Below, in pieces: positions 48,266 through 58,536 of a stretch of 64,000 nt of DNA. Numbering within the stretch: position 1 is the first letter of the stretch; the number at the start of each line of letters is the position of its first letter. The DNA lies in NCBI GenBank assembly GCA_965279515.1, contig CBDIID010000003.1, positions 1-64,000 on the forward strand, written 5' to 3'. The DNA is from Turneriella sp. Lineage in GTDB: Bacteria > Spirochaetota > Leptospiria > Turneriellales > Turneriellaceae. Position numbers and translations under genes: made by a program. The notes beneath the pieces are model-generated. The model worked only from the letters and a program-made list of their open reading frames with translations, searched no databases and was not told the DNA's origin.

Positions 48266-49429
48266 TTAGCCCTGGCTTTTGGCGGCTGCGGCCTTTTTTC
48301 TTTCAGGCGCGCGGCGATCGTATTCCTGCAGCGCCTTCCAGGTAGCGGAATAATCATTGCGGGCATTCCAGACAACATAACCGTCACCCTTGGCATCGTC
48401 GACGGCGTAAAACTGTTTTAATACATATTGCGGTAATGCGAGGCCTGATTCCTTGATCTTCATGCCAAAACCCTGGATCCATGGGATGATCCGCGTTTTG
48501 GGAATACGTTCTTTTGAATTCGCAACACCTTCTTTGACGGTGCCATAGGGATCGGCGATCTTTTCCGGGTCACCATAATAGTGCGATGGATACACCATGG
48601 GATAGAGATTGTGCACGTGTGCGCCGAAGATTTCGAGCTTCTGGCCGATCTGGTCGTTCTTGTTCAGCGTAATGCGGCCAAAGACGTCGGCGCCGAGTTC
48701 GACGCCCAGGGAGTCGGTGAGCTTGCGCGCGCGGGAGAGGATGCCGCTGACCTGCTCATATTTTAATTTGAGCGGCAGGCGCTGCATCTCGCGGCTGTCG
48801 GCGTAACGGATATAGTCGAGCTGTATCTCGCGAAAACCGGTTTTCACCGCGCGCTCGACCGCCGCCATAATACTTTCGATGCGTTTGGGATCGGGGTATT
48901 TTTGTTTGAGACCCAGGTCAAAGCAGACGACGCGGGCGATCGGATAAATACCGCTGCCCTTGATATAAGACATCTGTTCCGCTGTCAGGGCCTTGCCCTG
49001 CGCGTCGATGACCATCGCATTGATGCCGTACTTTTTGCTCTGGTCTACAAAATGTGTCAGCGACTTTGTGTTGATGGCTGTCGCATTGGTGAGGTAGATG
49101 CCCTTGATAAATTGCGGCCGCGCCATCGGAAACATCGCCCATGACAGCTGGTACTCCTGCAGCTTCTTGAGGAAGGTAAGCACAGAGTTGCCGCCCATGG
49201 CCGCGGTCTTAAAATTGATCGGTTCTTTTTTATCAGCGGCAGGCGTTACGGGGGGAGTGTTCGCGAGTGCGACGTTCGGCTCTGGCTCAGCAGCCTTTGT
49301 CACATGGACTTTGGCATCAGTGGGTTTAGCCGCTGTGGCGGCCCCAGCTTTCAGGCAAGTCATGCTGCTGTAGAGAGAGACCATCGCAAATACGAAAAAG
49401 AAGGGAAGGGTACGGTTGATTTTTTGCAT
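48266..49429 (-). CDS. Putative exported glycoside hydrolase (DUF4015-like)
   Basis: KGIYLT, IARVVCF, GFREIQLDYIRY, MVYPSHY, PWIQGF, WN. Confidence 0.75.
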   Translation of the reverse strand: MQKINRTLPFFFVFAMVSLYSSMTCLKAGAATAAKPTDAKVHVTKAAEPEPNVALANTPPVTPAADKKEPINFKTAAMGGNSVLTFLKKLQEYQLSWAMFPMARPQFIKGIYLTNATAINTKSLTHFVDQSKKYGINAMVIDAQGKALTAEQMSYIKGSGIYPIARVVCFDLGLKQKYPDPKRIESIMAAVERAVKTGFREIQLDYIRYADSREMQRLPLKLKYEQVSGILSRARKLTDSLGVELGADVFGRITLNKNDQIGQKLEIFGAHVHNLYPMVYPSHYYGDPEKIADPYGTVKEGVANSKERIPKTRIIPWIQGFGMKIKESGLALPQYVLKQFYAVDDAKGDGYVVWNARNDYSATWKALQEYDRRAPERKKAAAAKSQG

Positions 49430-49639
49430 GAGGATACCTAATATTTTCGGCAATCAGGGCCAATTTCACGAGGCTATTGCCTCAGCGTTTTTTCAAAACG
49501 TGGGGGCCGCCTTGCGGCCCGGTGAAATTGGCCTTTGTATGCCACTTTCCTGTCTTTTTTTGTGAGACATGCGGGCAATGAATGAGGAAAAGCGTGTTTG
49601 CATGACGGCGCGTTTCCGCTTCCCAAACTGCCCCAGTCG

Positions 49640-50374
49640 ATGGGCAAGCAAACACCTGAAAGCGAGACCACAACCACGCCGCGTGAAAAGCGCGAAGTCG
49701 TGCGTGGCATGTTCAACCGCATCGCCCCGACCTACGATCTACTCAATCGCATTTTGTCGTTTGGTATCGATCGCCGCTGGCGGCGGCAGACGATTCAGCT
49801 GATGGGGCTCGATGAAAAATCGGTCGTGCTCGATCTGGCCTGCGGTACCGGGGACCTATCGGATGCCGCCGCAAAGCAGGGCGCCCGGGTGGTCTTTGCC
49901 GTCGATCCCTCGCGTGAAATGCTGCTGCGTGCGGGCGGCAAGCTGCGTTATGCAGCGGCGCGCTGTTATTTCGTTGAAGCTTTCGGCGAAGAGCTGCCCC
50001 TCAAAAGCGGGCTCTGCACGCATGCGATGATTGCCTTCGGCATCCGCAACGTGCAGGAGCGCCACCGTGCCTTTGCCGAGATCTACCGCATTTTAAAGCC
50101 GGGCGGCGTCTTTGCCGTGCTCGAATTTACGCCGATGGACCGCAAATTTATCTCTTCGGTATTCAACCTCTATTTTCAGAAGCTCCTGCCTGCAATCGGC
50201 GGCCTCATCAGCCGCGACCGCCAGGCGTACCAGTACCTGCCCGAGTCGGTGGCGCGTTTTGTCACCACGGCGGATCTCATGCGCGAAGGGGAAGCGGCCG
50301 GTTTTGCAGTCCTGGGCACCAAGGTCTTTGCCATGGGTGTTGCAACCTGCATTCTTTTCCGTAAGCCGGATTAA
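49640..50374 (+). CDS. ubiE: Ubiquinone/menaquinone biosynthesis C-methyltransferase (UbiE/MenG)
   Basis: MFNRIAPTYDLLNRILSFGIDRRWR, LDLACGTGD, FGIRNV, AYQYLPES. Confidence 0.92.
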   Translation: MGKQTPESETTTTPREKREVVRGMFNRIAPTYDLLNRILSFGIDRRWRRQTIQLMGLDEKSVVLDLACGTGDLSDAAAKQGARVVFAVDPSREMLLRAGGKLRYAAARCYFVEAFGEELPLKSGLCTHAMIAFGIRNVQERHRAFAEIYRILKPGGVFAVLEFTPMDRKFISSVFNLYFQKLLPAIGGLISRDRQAYQYLPESVARFVTTADLMREGEAAGFAVLGTKVFAMGVATCILFRKPD

Positions 50375-50534
50375 CTGCGTTTCTGTTCATTTTTCCATGA
50401 AAAAGGCATAAGTCACCGCCCTTTTGTTCGGGGATAGTTTTTGGCAATTACATAATTAGATAATTAGCTAAATAATAATTGACGTGCCGTTTGCCTTTTG
50501 GGTATCTCCCGCGCAATCGAATGAGGAGACATAA

Positions 50535-51902
50535 ATGAAAAATAGCATTTCTTTGCTGACAGTTTTCAGCATGCTGAACTTGGCAGCTTTTCCCCTGACA
50601 GCCCAGGCTACCGAGCCAGCGGTAAATCCGCCGGTAAAATCAGATTCATCTGCTGTTACCAGCCCGGCACCCAATACTACCGAGGTGAAGCCGGCAATAC
50701 CAGCCCCCGAAGTCAAAAAAGAAAAACCGCGCGGACTGCCAGTCGGTGTTGAATATATCAGCGGGAAAGGACTCACCTTTGACACGGGCGATGGTAAGTT
50801 TGCGGCAACCATGCAGCATCGTCTGCAGTTCCGCTATTCCTATCCGTTCGATACGGATCCCCGTTCGATTGCCAACCTGAATGAAGAGGGGCACTCCTTT
50901 ATGGTGCGCCGGGCGCGTTTTAAGCTCGCGGGTCATGCTTTCAAGCCATGGCTGAAATACAACTTCCAATATGACTGGTCGCAGCCCATCTTGCGCGACT
51001 TCTGGATTGGTATCGAGCGTTTCGATTGGCTGCAACTACGCATCGGTCGCGGCAAAGTGATCTACAACGATGAACGCGTTTCATCGTCGGGAGCGCAGCA
51101 GTTCGTCAACCGCTCGATTGTCAACGACGTCTTCACGGTCGACCGCCAGCAGGGGGTACAGATCATGGGCCGCGTTTTACCTCATACCTTTGCCGATTTT
51201 AACTATGTCGTTGGAGTGTTCGCCGGTCGTGGCGTCGGCGAACGGCTCAACGACGATACGAATCTCATGTATGCGGCACGCCTGCAATGGAACGCGGTTG
51301 GGGATCCGATCGATTTCCAGCAGAGCGATTATAAATCGACACAAAAATGGCAACTGAATATCGCCGCTGGAGCCGCGACGAATAAGAGTAACTGTACGGC
51401 TTTCGAAACCGATGCCACGAGTTGCCGCAGGCTACCCGGGACTAATTATCCGCAGCTGGCTGCGGGAGCCGCGCCGGGCGCAGGTGCCGGGCAATTCAAG
51501 GTGGATCAGGCGTTTTTTGAGCTCCGTTCAGTTTACAAAGGATTCTATTTTAAGCATGAAACACATGTGAAGCGTGTGATCGACCAAAGCCTGGTGACGC
51601 CCACGTTGTGGTCACGCGAGGCCGAGATGTGGGGGGCCTTGGTGCAGCTGGGGTATTTTCCGCACAATGCGCTGGATTTTGTCCCTTCCGAGCTTGAGGT
51701 TGCGGGACGTATGGCATTCGTCGATCCCAACATCAATGTCGCGGGCAACGACCAGTATGAGTATACCGGCATTCTGAACTGGTTTGCGAATGGTCACAGC
51801 AATAAAATCTCGTTCGAGGTGACTCACCATGTGCTGCAGAACCCGACGGGCGGGTACGCTTCTGAGCAACGCTACCGCAGCCAGTGGGAGTTTTCTTTTT
51901 AA
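50535..51902 (+). CDS. Phosphate-selective porin OprO/OprP family
   Basis: GAGGAG SD, signal, FMVRRARFKLAG, SSSGAQQFVNRS, terminal QWEFSF. Confidence 0.8.
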   Translation: MKNSISLLTVFSMLNLAAFPLTAQATEPAVNPPVKSDSSAVTSPAPNTTEVKPAIPAPEVKKEKPRGLPVGVEYISGKGLTFDTGDGKFAATMQHRLQFRYSYPFDTDPRSIANLNEEGHSFMVRRARFKLAGHAFKPWLKYNFQYDWSQPILRDFWIGIERFDWLQLRIGRGKVIYNDERVSSSGAQQFVNRSIVNDVFTVDRQQGVQIMGRVLPHTFADFNYVVGVFAGRGVGERLNDDTNLMYAARLQWNAVGDPIDFQQSDYKSTQKWQLNIAAGAATNKSNCTAFETDATSCRRLPGTNYPQLAAGAAPGAGAGQFKVDQAFFELRSVYKGFYFKHETHVKRVIDQSLVTPTLWSREAEMWGALVQLGYFPHNALDFVPSELEVAGRMAFVDPNINVAGNDQYEYTGILNWFANGHSNKISFEVTHHVLQNPTGGYASEQRYRSQWEFSF

Positions 51903-51983
51903 GAAAACCAAAGGGATGCATTTTGGACTACCAAAATGACATCCCTTGACGCCCTGTCTTAAATTCCGTTTTTCCCTTTAATT

Positions 51984-53798
51984 ATGTCATCTTTTTCGCT
52001 CCGCCGCGAATGTAATTCGGTCGGTCCGGCTGATAACGGCAACAGCATCGTCGTCTGTGGCTGGGTGTACCGCTACCGGGACCAGGGCGGTGTGCTCTTT
52101 GTCGACCTGCGCGATCGCAGCGGTCTCGTGCAGGTTGTCTTCGATCTCGCCGTAAACGCCGACCTGCACAAACAGGCCAATGCGCTGCGCGCTGAGGATG
52201 TCATCCTCGTTACGGGCAAGGTGCGCCTGCGCGACAAAAACGCGATTAATCCAAAGCTCAAAACCGGCGAGATCGAAATTGTTGCCGAAGGGCTTGAACT
52301 CTTGAGCAAAGCGAAACCGTCGCCGATTCCCCTCGACGAACACGACGACGAAGCGTCTGAGGAGCTCCGCCTCGAATACCGCTTTCTCGATCTGCGCCGC
52401 AAACCCATGCAGGAAGCCCTGCGTGTGCGCCATGAATTTATCCGTGCCGCGCGTAACTTTCTCGACAACGAAGGTTTCTGGGAAGTCGAAACGCCGATTC
52501 TCAATAAATCGACACCCGAAGGCGCGCGCGACTTTTTAGTTCCGAGCCGTCTGAACCCCGGCGAGTTCTATGCGCTGCCGCAGTCGCCGCAGATTTTTAA
52601 GCAGCTTTTGATGGTCGCCGGTTCCGAGAAGTATTACCAGATTGCACGCTGTTTCCGCGACGAAGATTTGCGGCGCGATCGCCAGCCCGAGTTTACGCAG
52701 ATCGATATTGAGATGAGCTTTGTCGACAAAGACATGGTGATGGAACTCAACGAGCGACTGATTGCCGGTGCCTGCAAATCGGCATTTGGTGTCGAGATCG
52801 AAGGCAAGCCGCAGCGGATGACTTACCATGACGCGATGGAACTTTATGGCAATGATAAACCCGACATCCGTTTTGCGATGACGCTGACTGAGCTCGGCGA
52901 TTGGGCGCCGATGACTGAGTTCAAGGTATTTAAGGGCGCCGCAGAAACCGGTCGCCTCAAGGGCCTCTGTGTGCCTGGCGGCGCAGTGCTCTCACGCAAA
53001 GACATCGATGATCTGACGGCATGGGTCATGCAGGACTATAAAGCCAAAGGTTTGGCCTGGGTTAAAGTGACCGAGAATGGCCTGGAATCCCTGATTACGA
53101 AATTTCTCCCCGAAGCCGCGCAGACTGAACTTTTGAAACGCACCGGCGCTAAGGCGGGCGACATTATTTTCTTCGCCGGCGACCGCGCCGATATTGTGTT
53201 TGCGACACTCTCGGCGCTACGGCTGCGCCTTGCTGAAAAACTCAAGATGATTCCCGATACGTTTAAGGCGCTGTGGGTGGTGGATTTTCCGCTCTTTGAC
53301 TGGGATCACGAAACTAATTCGCTGCTCAGTGTGCACCATCCCTTTACCGCACCGGTACCCGAAGATGCCGCGCTCGTCAAGGCTGCGGGAAAATCAGCAG
53401 AATTGACTCCGGATGAAGCAAAGAAACTGCTCGCGGTGCGCTCGAATGCATACGACTTTGTGCTGAACGGTGTCGAGATCGGCGGTGGTAGTATCCGTAT
53501 CCATGAGTCTGAACTGCAACAGGCAATCTTCCGTCTTCTGAAAATTACCGATGAAGAGGCGCAAAGCCGTTTTGGCTTTTTACTCAAGGGTCTCGAGTTC
53601 GGCGCTCCGCCGCATGGTGGTATTGCCTTCGGCGTCGACCGCGTTCTGATGCTGGGCCTCAAGCGCGCGTCCATACGCGACGTAATGGCTTTCCCGAAAA
53701 CACAGAAGGGAACCTGCCTCATGTCGGGAGCACCATCCAACGTTGACGAAAAGCAGCTGCGCGAACTTTATCTTAAGTCTACCGCGAAAGCCCGTTAA
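51984..53798 (+). CDS. aspS: Aspartate--tRNA ligase
   Basis: FVDLRD, TPEGARDF, ALPQSPQ, CFRDED, GAPPHGGIAFG. Confidence 0.98.
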   Translation: MSSFSLRRECNSVGPADNGNSIVVCGWVYRYRDQGGVLFVDLRDRSGLVQVVFDLAVNADLHKQANALRAEDVILVTGKVRLRDKNAINPKLKTGEIEIVAEGLELLSKAKPSPIPLDEHDDEASEELRLEYRFLDLRRKPMQEALRVRHEFIRAARNFLDNEGFWEVETPILNKSTPEGARDFLVPSRLNPGEFYALPQSPQIFKQLLMVAGSEKYYQIARCFRDEDLRRDRQPEFTQIDIEMSFVDKDMVMELNERLIAGACKSAFGVEIEGKPQRMTYHDAMELYGNDKPDIRFAMTLTELGDWAPMTEFKVFKGAAETGRLKGLCVPGGAVLSRKDIDDLTAWVMQDYKAKGLAWVKVTENGLESLITKFLPEAAQTELLKRTGAKAGDIIFFAGDRADIVFATLSALRLRLAEKLKMIPDTFKALWVVDFPLFDWDHETNSLLSVHHPFTAPVPEDAALVKAAGKSAELTPDEAKKLLAVRSNAYDFVLNGVEIGGGSIRIHESELQQAIFRLLKITDEEAQSRFGFLLKGLEFGAPPHGGIAFGVDRVLMLGLKRASIRDVMAFPKTQKGTCLMSGAPSNVDEKQLRELYLKSTAKAR

Positions 53799-53807
53799 TT
53801 AACCGGT

Positions 53808-54821
53808 ATGGTCGAAAAGAAAAATCTCGAAGAAATTCTGCGTAAGATTCCGCAGAGCCGCGTATTCGTGCTTGGCGACCTGATGTGGGATGAATATATC
53901 CGCGGCGATGTCTCACGCATTTCGCCGGAAGCCCCCGTGCCTGTGCTTTTGGGTACCAGCGAAGACCGCACACCGGGCGGTGCGGCGAATGTTCTGAAGA
54001 ACCTGCGCGATCTCAAGTGCACCATGGGCATCCTGGGTATTGTCGGCGCGGACGCCAACGGCGTTGCGCTGCAGCATGAACTGGAAAAATGGGGACTCAG
54101 CGATCACCTGACACTGATTCGTATGCCAGACCGGCCCACGACGATCAAGACGCGTTTTATGGCGCGCAACCAGCAACTTTTACGCGTCGACCGTGAAAGG
54201 GCGAGCGCGATCGACGAAAAAACGGAAACCGAAGTGTTGAGAGCCTTCGAGCGCTCGGTGGGCGGTTTCGACGCCGTGATCATCAGCGACTACGATAAGG
54301 GGCTTTTGACCCGGCGCGTTATTACCGAAGCTATTAAGATAGCACGCTCTAAAAAAGTATTTGTGGCGGTCGACCCGCAGGTAAAACATTTCCGGGATTA
54401 CGCCGGTTCAGATATCATGACGCCGAACGAAAAAGAGGCTTCTGAGGGCATCGGCAAACCTTTTCCGCAAAACGACGAAGATACAGCAGCTATTGCTGCG
54501 CTGATCCGCAGCGAGCTTGCGCTCGAGAACCTGCTGATCACGCGCTCGCAGCGCGGTATGGCGTATTTTAAGGACAAACAGGCCGTCTACCTGCCCACAG
54601 TGGCACGCGAAGTTTTCGACGTCACCGGTGCCGGTGATACGGTGATCACTGTCTATACCGCGGCCATCGCGGCGGGAGCGACGCATGTCGATGCGATGGT
54701 GCTCTCGAACATCGCTGGTGGCATCGTTGTCGGTAAGCTCGGCACCGCGACGGCAACGGTCGCCGAGATACAAAACGAGCTCGGGCGTCCGCTTCCCGAG
54801 CTCAAGATCGTTAACTCATAA
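53808..54821 (+). CDS. rfaE1: D-glycero-beta-D-manno-heptose-7-phosphate kinase (HldE kinase domain, stand-alone)
   Basis: RISPEAPVPV, GGAANV, SDYDKG, TPN, DVTGAGDT, VVGKLGT. Confidence 0.92.
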   Translation: MVEKKNLEEILRKIPQSRVFVLGDLMWDEYIRGDVSRISPEAPVPVLLGTSEDRTPGGAANVLKNLRDLKCTMGILGIVGADANGVALQHELEKWGLSDHLTLIRMPDRPTTIKTRFMARNQQLLRVDRERASAIDEKTETEVLRAFERSVGGFDAVIISDYDKGLLTRRVITEAIKIARSKKVFVAVDPQVKHFRDYAGSDIMTPNEKEASEGIGKPFPQNDEDTAAIAALIRSELALENLLITRSQRGMAYFKDKQAVYLPTVAREVFDVTGAGDTVITVYTAAIAAGATHVDAMVLSNIAGGIVVGKLGTATATVAEIQNELGRPLPELKIVNS

Positions 54822-54823
54822 GC

Positions 54824-55765
54824 ATGGCTGACAACGGGCGCCGGGTCATTCTTTCCGTAGAAAATGTGGATAAGAAGTTTCCGCGCGTCCACGCCGTGAA
54901 AAACCTCTCGTTGAAAATCTATGAAGGCGAATCGGTTGCGCTGCTAGGGCCCAACGGCGCGGGTAAAACGACACTGCTCGAAATGATCGAGGGGCTGCAG
55001 TTTCCCGATTCGGGAGAAATCCTCATCGATGGCCTGACCTACAGAAAGGACGAAAAGAAAATCCGGGCGCTGATGGGGCTTGCGTTCCAGGAAACACGTT
55101 TCCCTGAAAAGATCCGAGTTGTCGAGGCGCTCGAATTATTTTCGGCTTTTTACGGTGGCACCACGGCGCGCATCACCGAGATTCTCGAGCTGATTTCGCT
55201 CACCGAAAAGAAAGACGCATTTGTGAATAACCTGTCGGGCGGCCAGCGCCAGCGCCTTGCCCTGGGTATCGGTATCATCCAGAAACCCAAAATTATCCTG
55301 CTCGATGAGCCCTCGACGGGCCTCGACCCGCATGCGCGCCGTGAAATCTGGCGCATCATGGCCGACCTGAAAAAGCAGGGGTCGACGCTGCTCTTAACCA
55401 CGCATTACATGGAAGAGGCCGAAGAGCTCTGTGAGCGCATCGTGGTGCTTTTTAAGGGAAAAATTCTTGCCGACGGCCCGCTCGAAGAGCTGCTCGACCA
55501 GCATGCGAGCCATGAAATTATCGAATTCAAACTCAAGAAGAAATCCGCCGATGTGCTCGCGCGGCTGCATACCTTGAAAAAGGTCTCGCACTTCCATTTT
55601 AACAAAACCAATGCGACGGGAGTCATGCACGTCGATGACGCGGCGGCGATTCTGCCCGATTTTCTGCGCAAAGCGGGCAGGCAAAATCTCGAGTCCTTCG
55701 CCGCACGGCCGCTGACGCTCGACGACCTTTTTATCAAAATGACGGGCAGGCATCTCGATGGTTAG
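54824..55765 (+). CDS. ABC transporter ATP-binding protein (ABC-2 exporter)
   Basis: GPNGAGKT, LSGGQRQR, DEPSTGLD, TTHYMEEA. Confidence 0.92.
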   Translation: MADNGRRVILSVENVDKKFPRVHAVKNLSLKIYEGESVALLGPNGAGKTTLLEMIEGLQFPDSGEILIDGLTYRKDEKKIRALMGLAFQETRFPEKIRVVEALELFSAFYGGTTARITEILELISLTEKKDAFVNNLSGGQRQRLALGIGIIQKPKIILLDEPSTGLDPHARREIWRIMADLKKQGSTLLLTTHYMEEAEELCERIVVLFKGKILADGPLEELLDQHASHEIIEFKLKKKSADVLARLHTLKKVSHFHFNKTNATGVMHVDDAAAILPDFLRKAGRQNLESFAARPLTLDDLFIKMTGRHLDG

Positions 55766-56822
55766 ATCTTCGTGGCAACTTTACCTGATGCACCTCAGGG
55801 AATTTTTCCGCGACCCGGAAATTATCCTGTGGTCGGTGATCTTGCCCGTGGCAATGTCGTGGGTTTTGGGCGTCGCATTCGTGCAGCGCAAAGTCACGAC
55901 GCGCCAGATAGCCGTCGTCGGCGACGTGCAGAAAAGCGCCGAGTTGCGCGAGGTCATCAACGAGATTGAGAACCGGAATATTTCCCGCCCTAAAAAGACC
56001 AATGACCACAGCGTTTTCAAATTTTCTTTTGTCGATCGCGAAAAGGCGCTGCGCCTGCTGCGCAAGGGCAAGATAGTCCTGTTCATAGAACTATCGCATA
56101 GTGGCGCGTTGAAGTTTCATCTCGATCCGGCGAATGAGACCTCGTATCTGGCATACTTGATCTTGTCGCGGCGGCTCAGCCAGGAAAAAGTCGAATTGCA
56201 GCTGAACCCGATTACCACGCATGGTAACCGCTATATCGACTTCCTGATCCCGGGGCTCATGGCTCTCGGCATCATGAATTCCTGCCTCTGGGGCATTGGT
56301 TACATACTCATCGAATACCGCATGAAAAAACTCATGCGGCGAATGATTGCCACGCCCGTGAAAAAAGCGGCCATTTTGGTATCGTTCTTTTTCTCGCGCA
56401 TGACGATCAACCTCGTCGAAATCGCCCTGCTTTTTGCGTTTGGTTACTTCTATTTCGGCTTCATCTTACAGGGCGGGTGGGCGCAGATTATCCTGTTATT
56501 CATATCCGGAAATGTCGCCTTTGCCGGCCTGGCATTTCTGCTCTCGTCGCGCGCTGAGAATACGCGCACAGGTAACGGCATCATCAATGTCTTTTCTGTG
56601 CCGTTGATGCTTGCCTCGGGGATTTTCTTCAGTTATGCGAATTTTCCCGACGCGATTCAGCCGGTATTGCAGTATTCACCGCTGGCGCTCCTGGCCGACG
56701 CCATGCGCACGGTATTCAATACAGGGGGTGAAATTACCGAAATTTTGCCCGCTATGGCTATCCTGAACGGTTTTGGCGTGTTTTGCTTTTCAATCAGCCT
56801 GAAAATTTTCAGGTGGCATTGA
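55758..56822 (+). CDS. ABC-2 type transporter permease
   Basis: RYIDFLIPG, multiple TMs, SGIFF, FRW end. Confidence 0.9.
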   Translation: MVRSSWQLYLMHLREFFRDPEIILWSVILPVAMSWVLGVAFVQRKVTTRQIAVVGDVQKSAELREVINEIENRNISRPKKTNDHSVFKFSFVDREKALRLLRKGKIVLFIELSHSGALKFHLDPANETSYLAYLILSRRLSQEKVELQLNPITTHGNRYIDFLIPGLMALGIMNSCLWGIGYILIEYRMKKLMRRMIATPVKKAAILVSFFFSRMTINLVEIALLFAFGYFYFGFILQGGWAQIILLFISGNVAFAGLAFLLSSRAENTRTGNGIINVFSVPLMLASGIFFSYANFPDAIQPVLQYSPLALLADAMRTVFNTGGEITEILPAMAILNGFGVFCFSISLKIFRWH

Positions 56823-56835
56823 AGGTTACTAAGCA

Positions 56836-58536
56836 GTGTCTGAAAACGAAATGACCCGCAAGCTCCTCGAGGAGCTCGAAACTTCTGAGAACGGTTCTTT
56901 TGAACTGGTGGAAGAAGACGGCAAAGCGGTGATCAAGATATTCAACCCAAAGGGTAAGGGCAGGCCGGTACACCCGACGGACCTGATGAACCGCATCCGC
57001 TCGATGCAGATTATTCCTGACAAAAGTGTTTCGCTCGAGCGGATTCTGAAGAATACCCAGGAAGGCAAAATTCCCGAAGGCCAGTCGCATGTGCTGGGCG
57101 AGTGGCCTAAGGTAGTCATGCGCAAAAGCGCGGTCGCCGAAATTCAGGTTTCGCCCGAACAAATGAGTGCGCATATCTTTATCGAACCTCCCGAAGGCGG
57201 CGGTAAGATGCTGACAGAAGAGAATCTGCGGCAGCTCCTCAAAGACCATGGCGTCGTTAAGGGCATCATTCCCGATGTGCTTAAAGATATGGTAACGCGT
57301 CCGCAATACAAAAAACTCATTCTCATCGCCAAAGGCGAAGAACCACACAAGGGTGAAGACGGTTATGTGCGTCCGCTCTTCGAAACCATGAATAAACCGC
57401 GGCGTGACGCCACCGCGCAAAAGATCGACCACAAACAAGTCAACCTGATCCGGTCGGCGAAGATCGGCGAAGCAATAGCGGAGAAAATCGACCCGACGAT
57501 TGGCACAGCGGGTTATGCAGTGAGCGGCCGTATGATGCCGGCAGAGCCCGGGCAGATCGCCGAGTTTCAGCTCGGCGCAAACGTCGAGATCGCTCCCGAC
57601 GGAAAACATTTGCTTTCGAAAATCGAAGGCAGGCCTGTACTCGAATCGAGCGGCAAGATCCGCGTCGACGAAGTCGTCTATCTCAAGAATATCGACTATT
57701 CTACCGGCAACGTGGATTTCCCCGGATCGGTGATCGTCGAAGAATCGGTCGCCGACGGCTTCAAGCTCAAGGCATCCGGAAGTATTATTCTGCAATCGAG
57801 TGTCGGCGTCTGCGACATCACCGCCGGCAAAGACGTTATCTTATCGGCGGGTTTTATGGGGCGCGGCGAAGGCCGCATTCAGTCAGAAGGCGATGTCTAT
57901 GCGCGTTTTGTCGAGCAGGGTACAATCGAAGCGAAAGGTTCGATCTTCGTCTCCGAAGCGGCCCTGCACTCAAAACTCATCGCCGGCGGTGCGATCGTCG
58001 TTAAGGGTGGTCGCGGCGATATCAACGGCGGTGAATTATCCGCGGGGAAATACCTTCAGTGTAACAAGCTCGGCGGTGCGGGTGAAACCAAGACCCTTGT
58101 CACGGTGGGGATTGACCCCTCTGTCAGAACTGTCATCGATGAGATTACAGCTTCGATCAAAGACAAAGAGGGGACGCTCGAAAAAATCCGCATCAGCCTC
58201 AATCGTATCAATGAAGCGATGAAAAAGCGCCGGCTGGATCCGAAAGAAACCGAGACGCGCGAAAAGCTGGTGCTGGCCCTCAGGAAATATAAGGGGCTTC
58301 TCGAATCAGACCAGAAGCAACTCGAAACAGCGCAGAATTCCTATGTCGCGCACAGCAAAGCCTATGTGAATATCGAAACACAGCTCTTCCCGAATGTGGA
58401 AATCAGCTTTGGTAAGGGTCAGGTGTTCCGCAGTCCGGTGCGCTCTCTGCCCGGCCGGCAGGCGATCTATGTCGAAGACAGGCTGGTCGTCACCCAGCCT
58501 ACGTTACCACGATTTTTTCAAAACGAGAACGAATAA
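56836..58536 (+). CDS. FapA/DUF342 family protein
   Basis: IDYSTGNVDFPGSVIV, Gly-rich beta-helix repeats, coiled coil. Confidence 0.85.
   Translation: MSENEMTRKLLEELETSENGSFELVEEDGKAVIKIFNPKGKGRPVHPTDLMNRIRSMQIIPDKSVSLERILKNTQEGKIPEGQSHVLGEWPKVVMRKSAVAEIQVSPEQMSAHIFIEPPEGGGKMLTEENLRQLLKDHGVVKGIIPDVLKDMVTRPQYKKLILIAKGEEPHKGEDGYVRPLFETMNKPRRDATAQKIDHKQVNLIRSAKIGEAIAEKIDPTIGTAGYAVSGRMMPAEPGQIAEFQLGANVEIAPDGKHLLSKIEGRPVLESSGKIRVDEVVYLKNIDYSTGNVDFPGSVIVEESVADGFKLKASGSIILQSSVGVCDITAGKDVILSAGFMGRGEGRIQSEGDVYARFVEQGTIEAKGSIFVSEAALHSKLIAGGAIVVKGGRGDINGGELSAGKYLQCNKLGGAGETKTLVTVGIDPSVRTVIDEITASIKDKEGTLEKIRISLNRINEAMKKRRLDPKETETREKLVLALRKYKGLLESDQKQLETAQNSYVAHSKAYVNIETQLFPNVEISFGKGQVFRSPVRSLPGRQAIYVEDRLVVTQPTLPRFFQNENE

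Noticed and set aside
56809..57795. Long antisense ORFs here and throughout (e.g. 12692-13303, 17693-18310, 20062-20865)
   Set aside because: Shadow frames opposite well-supported genes in GC-rich DNA
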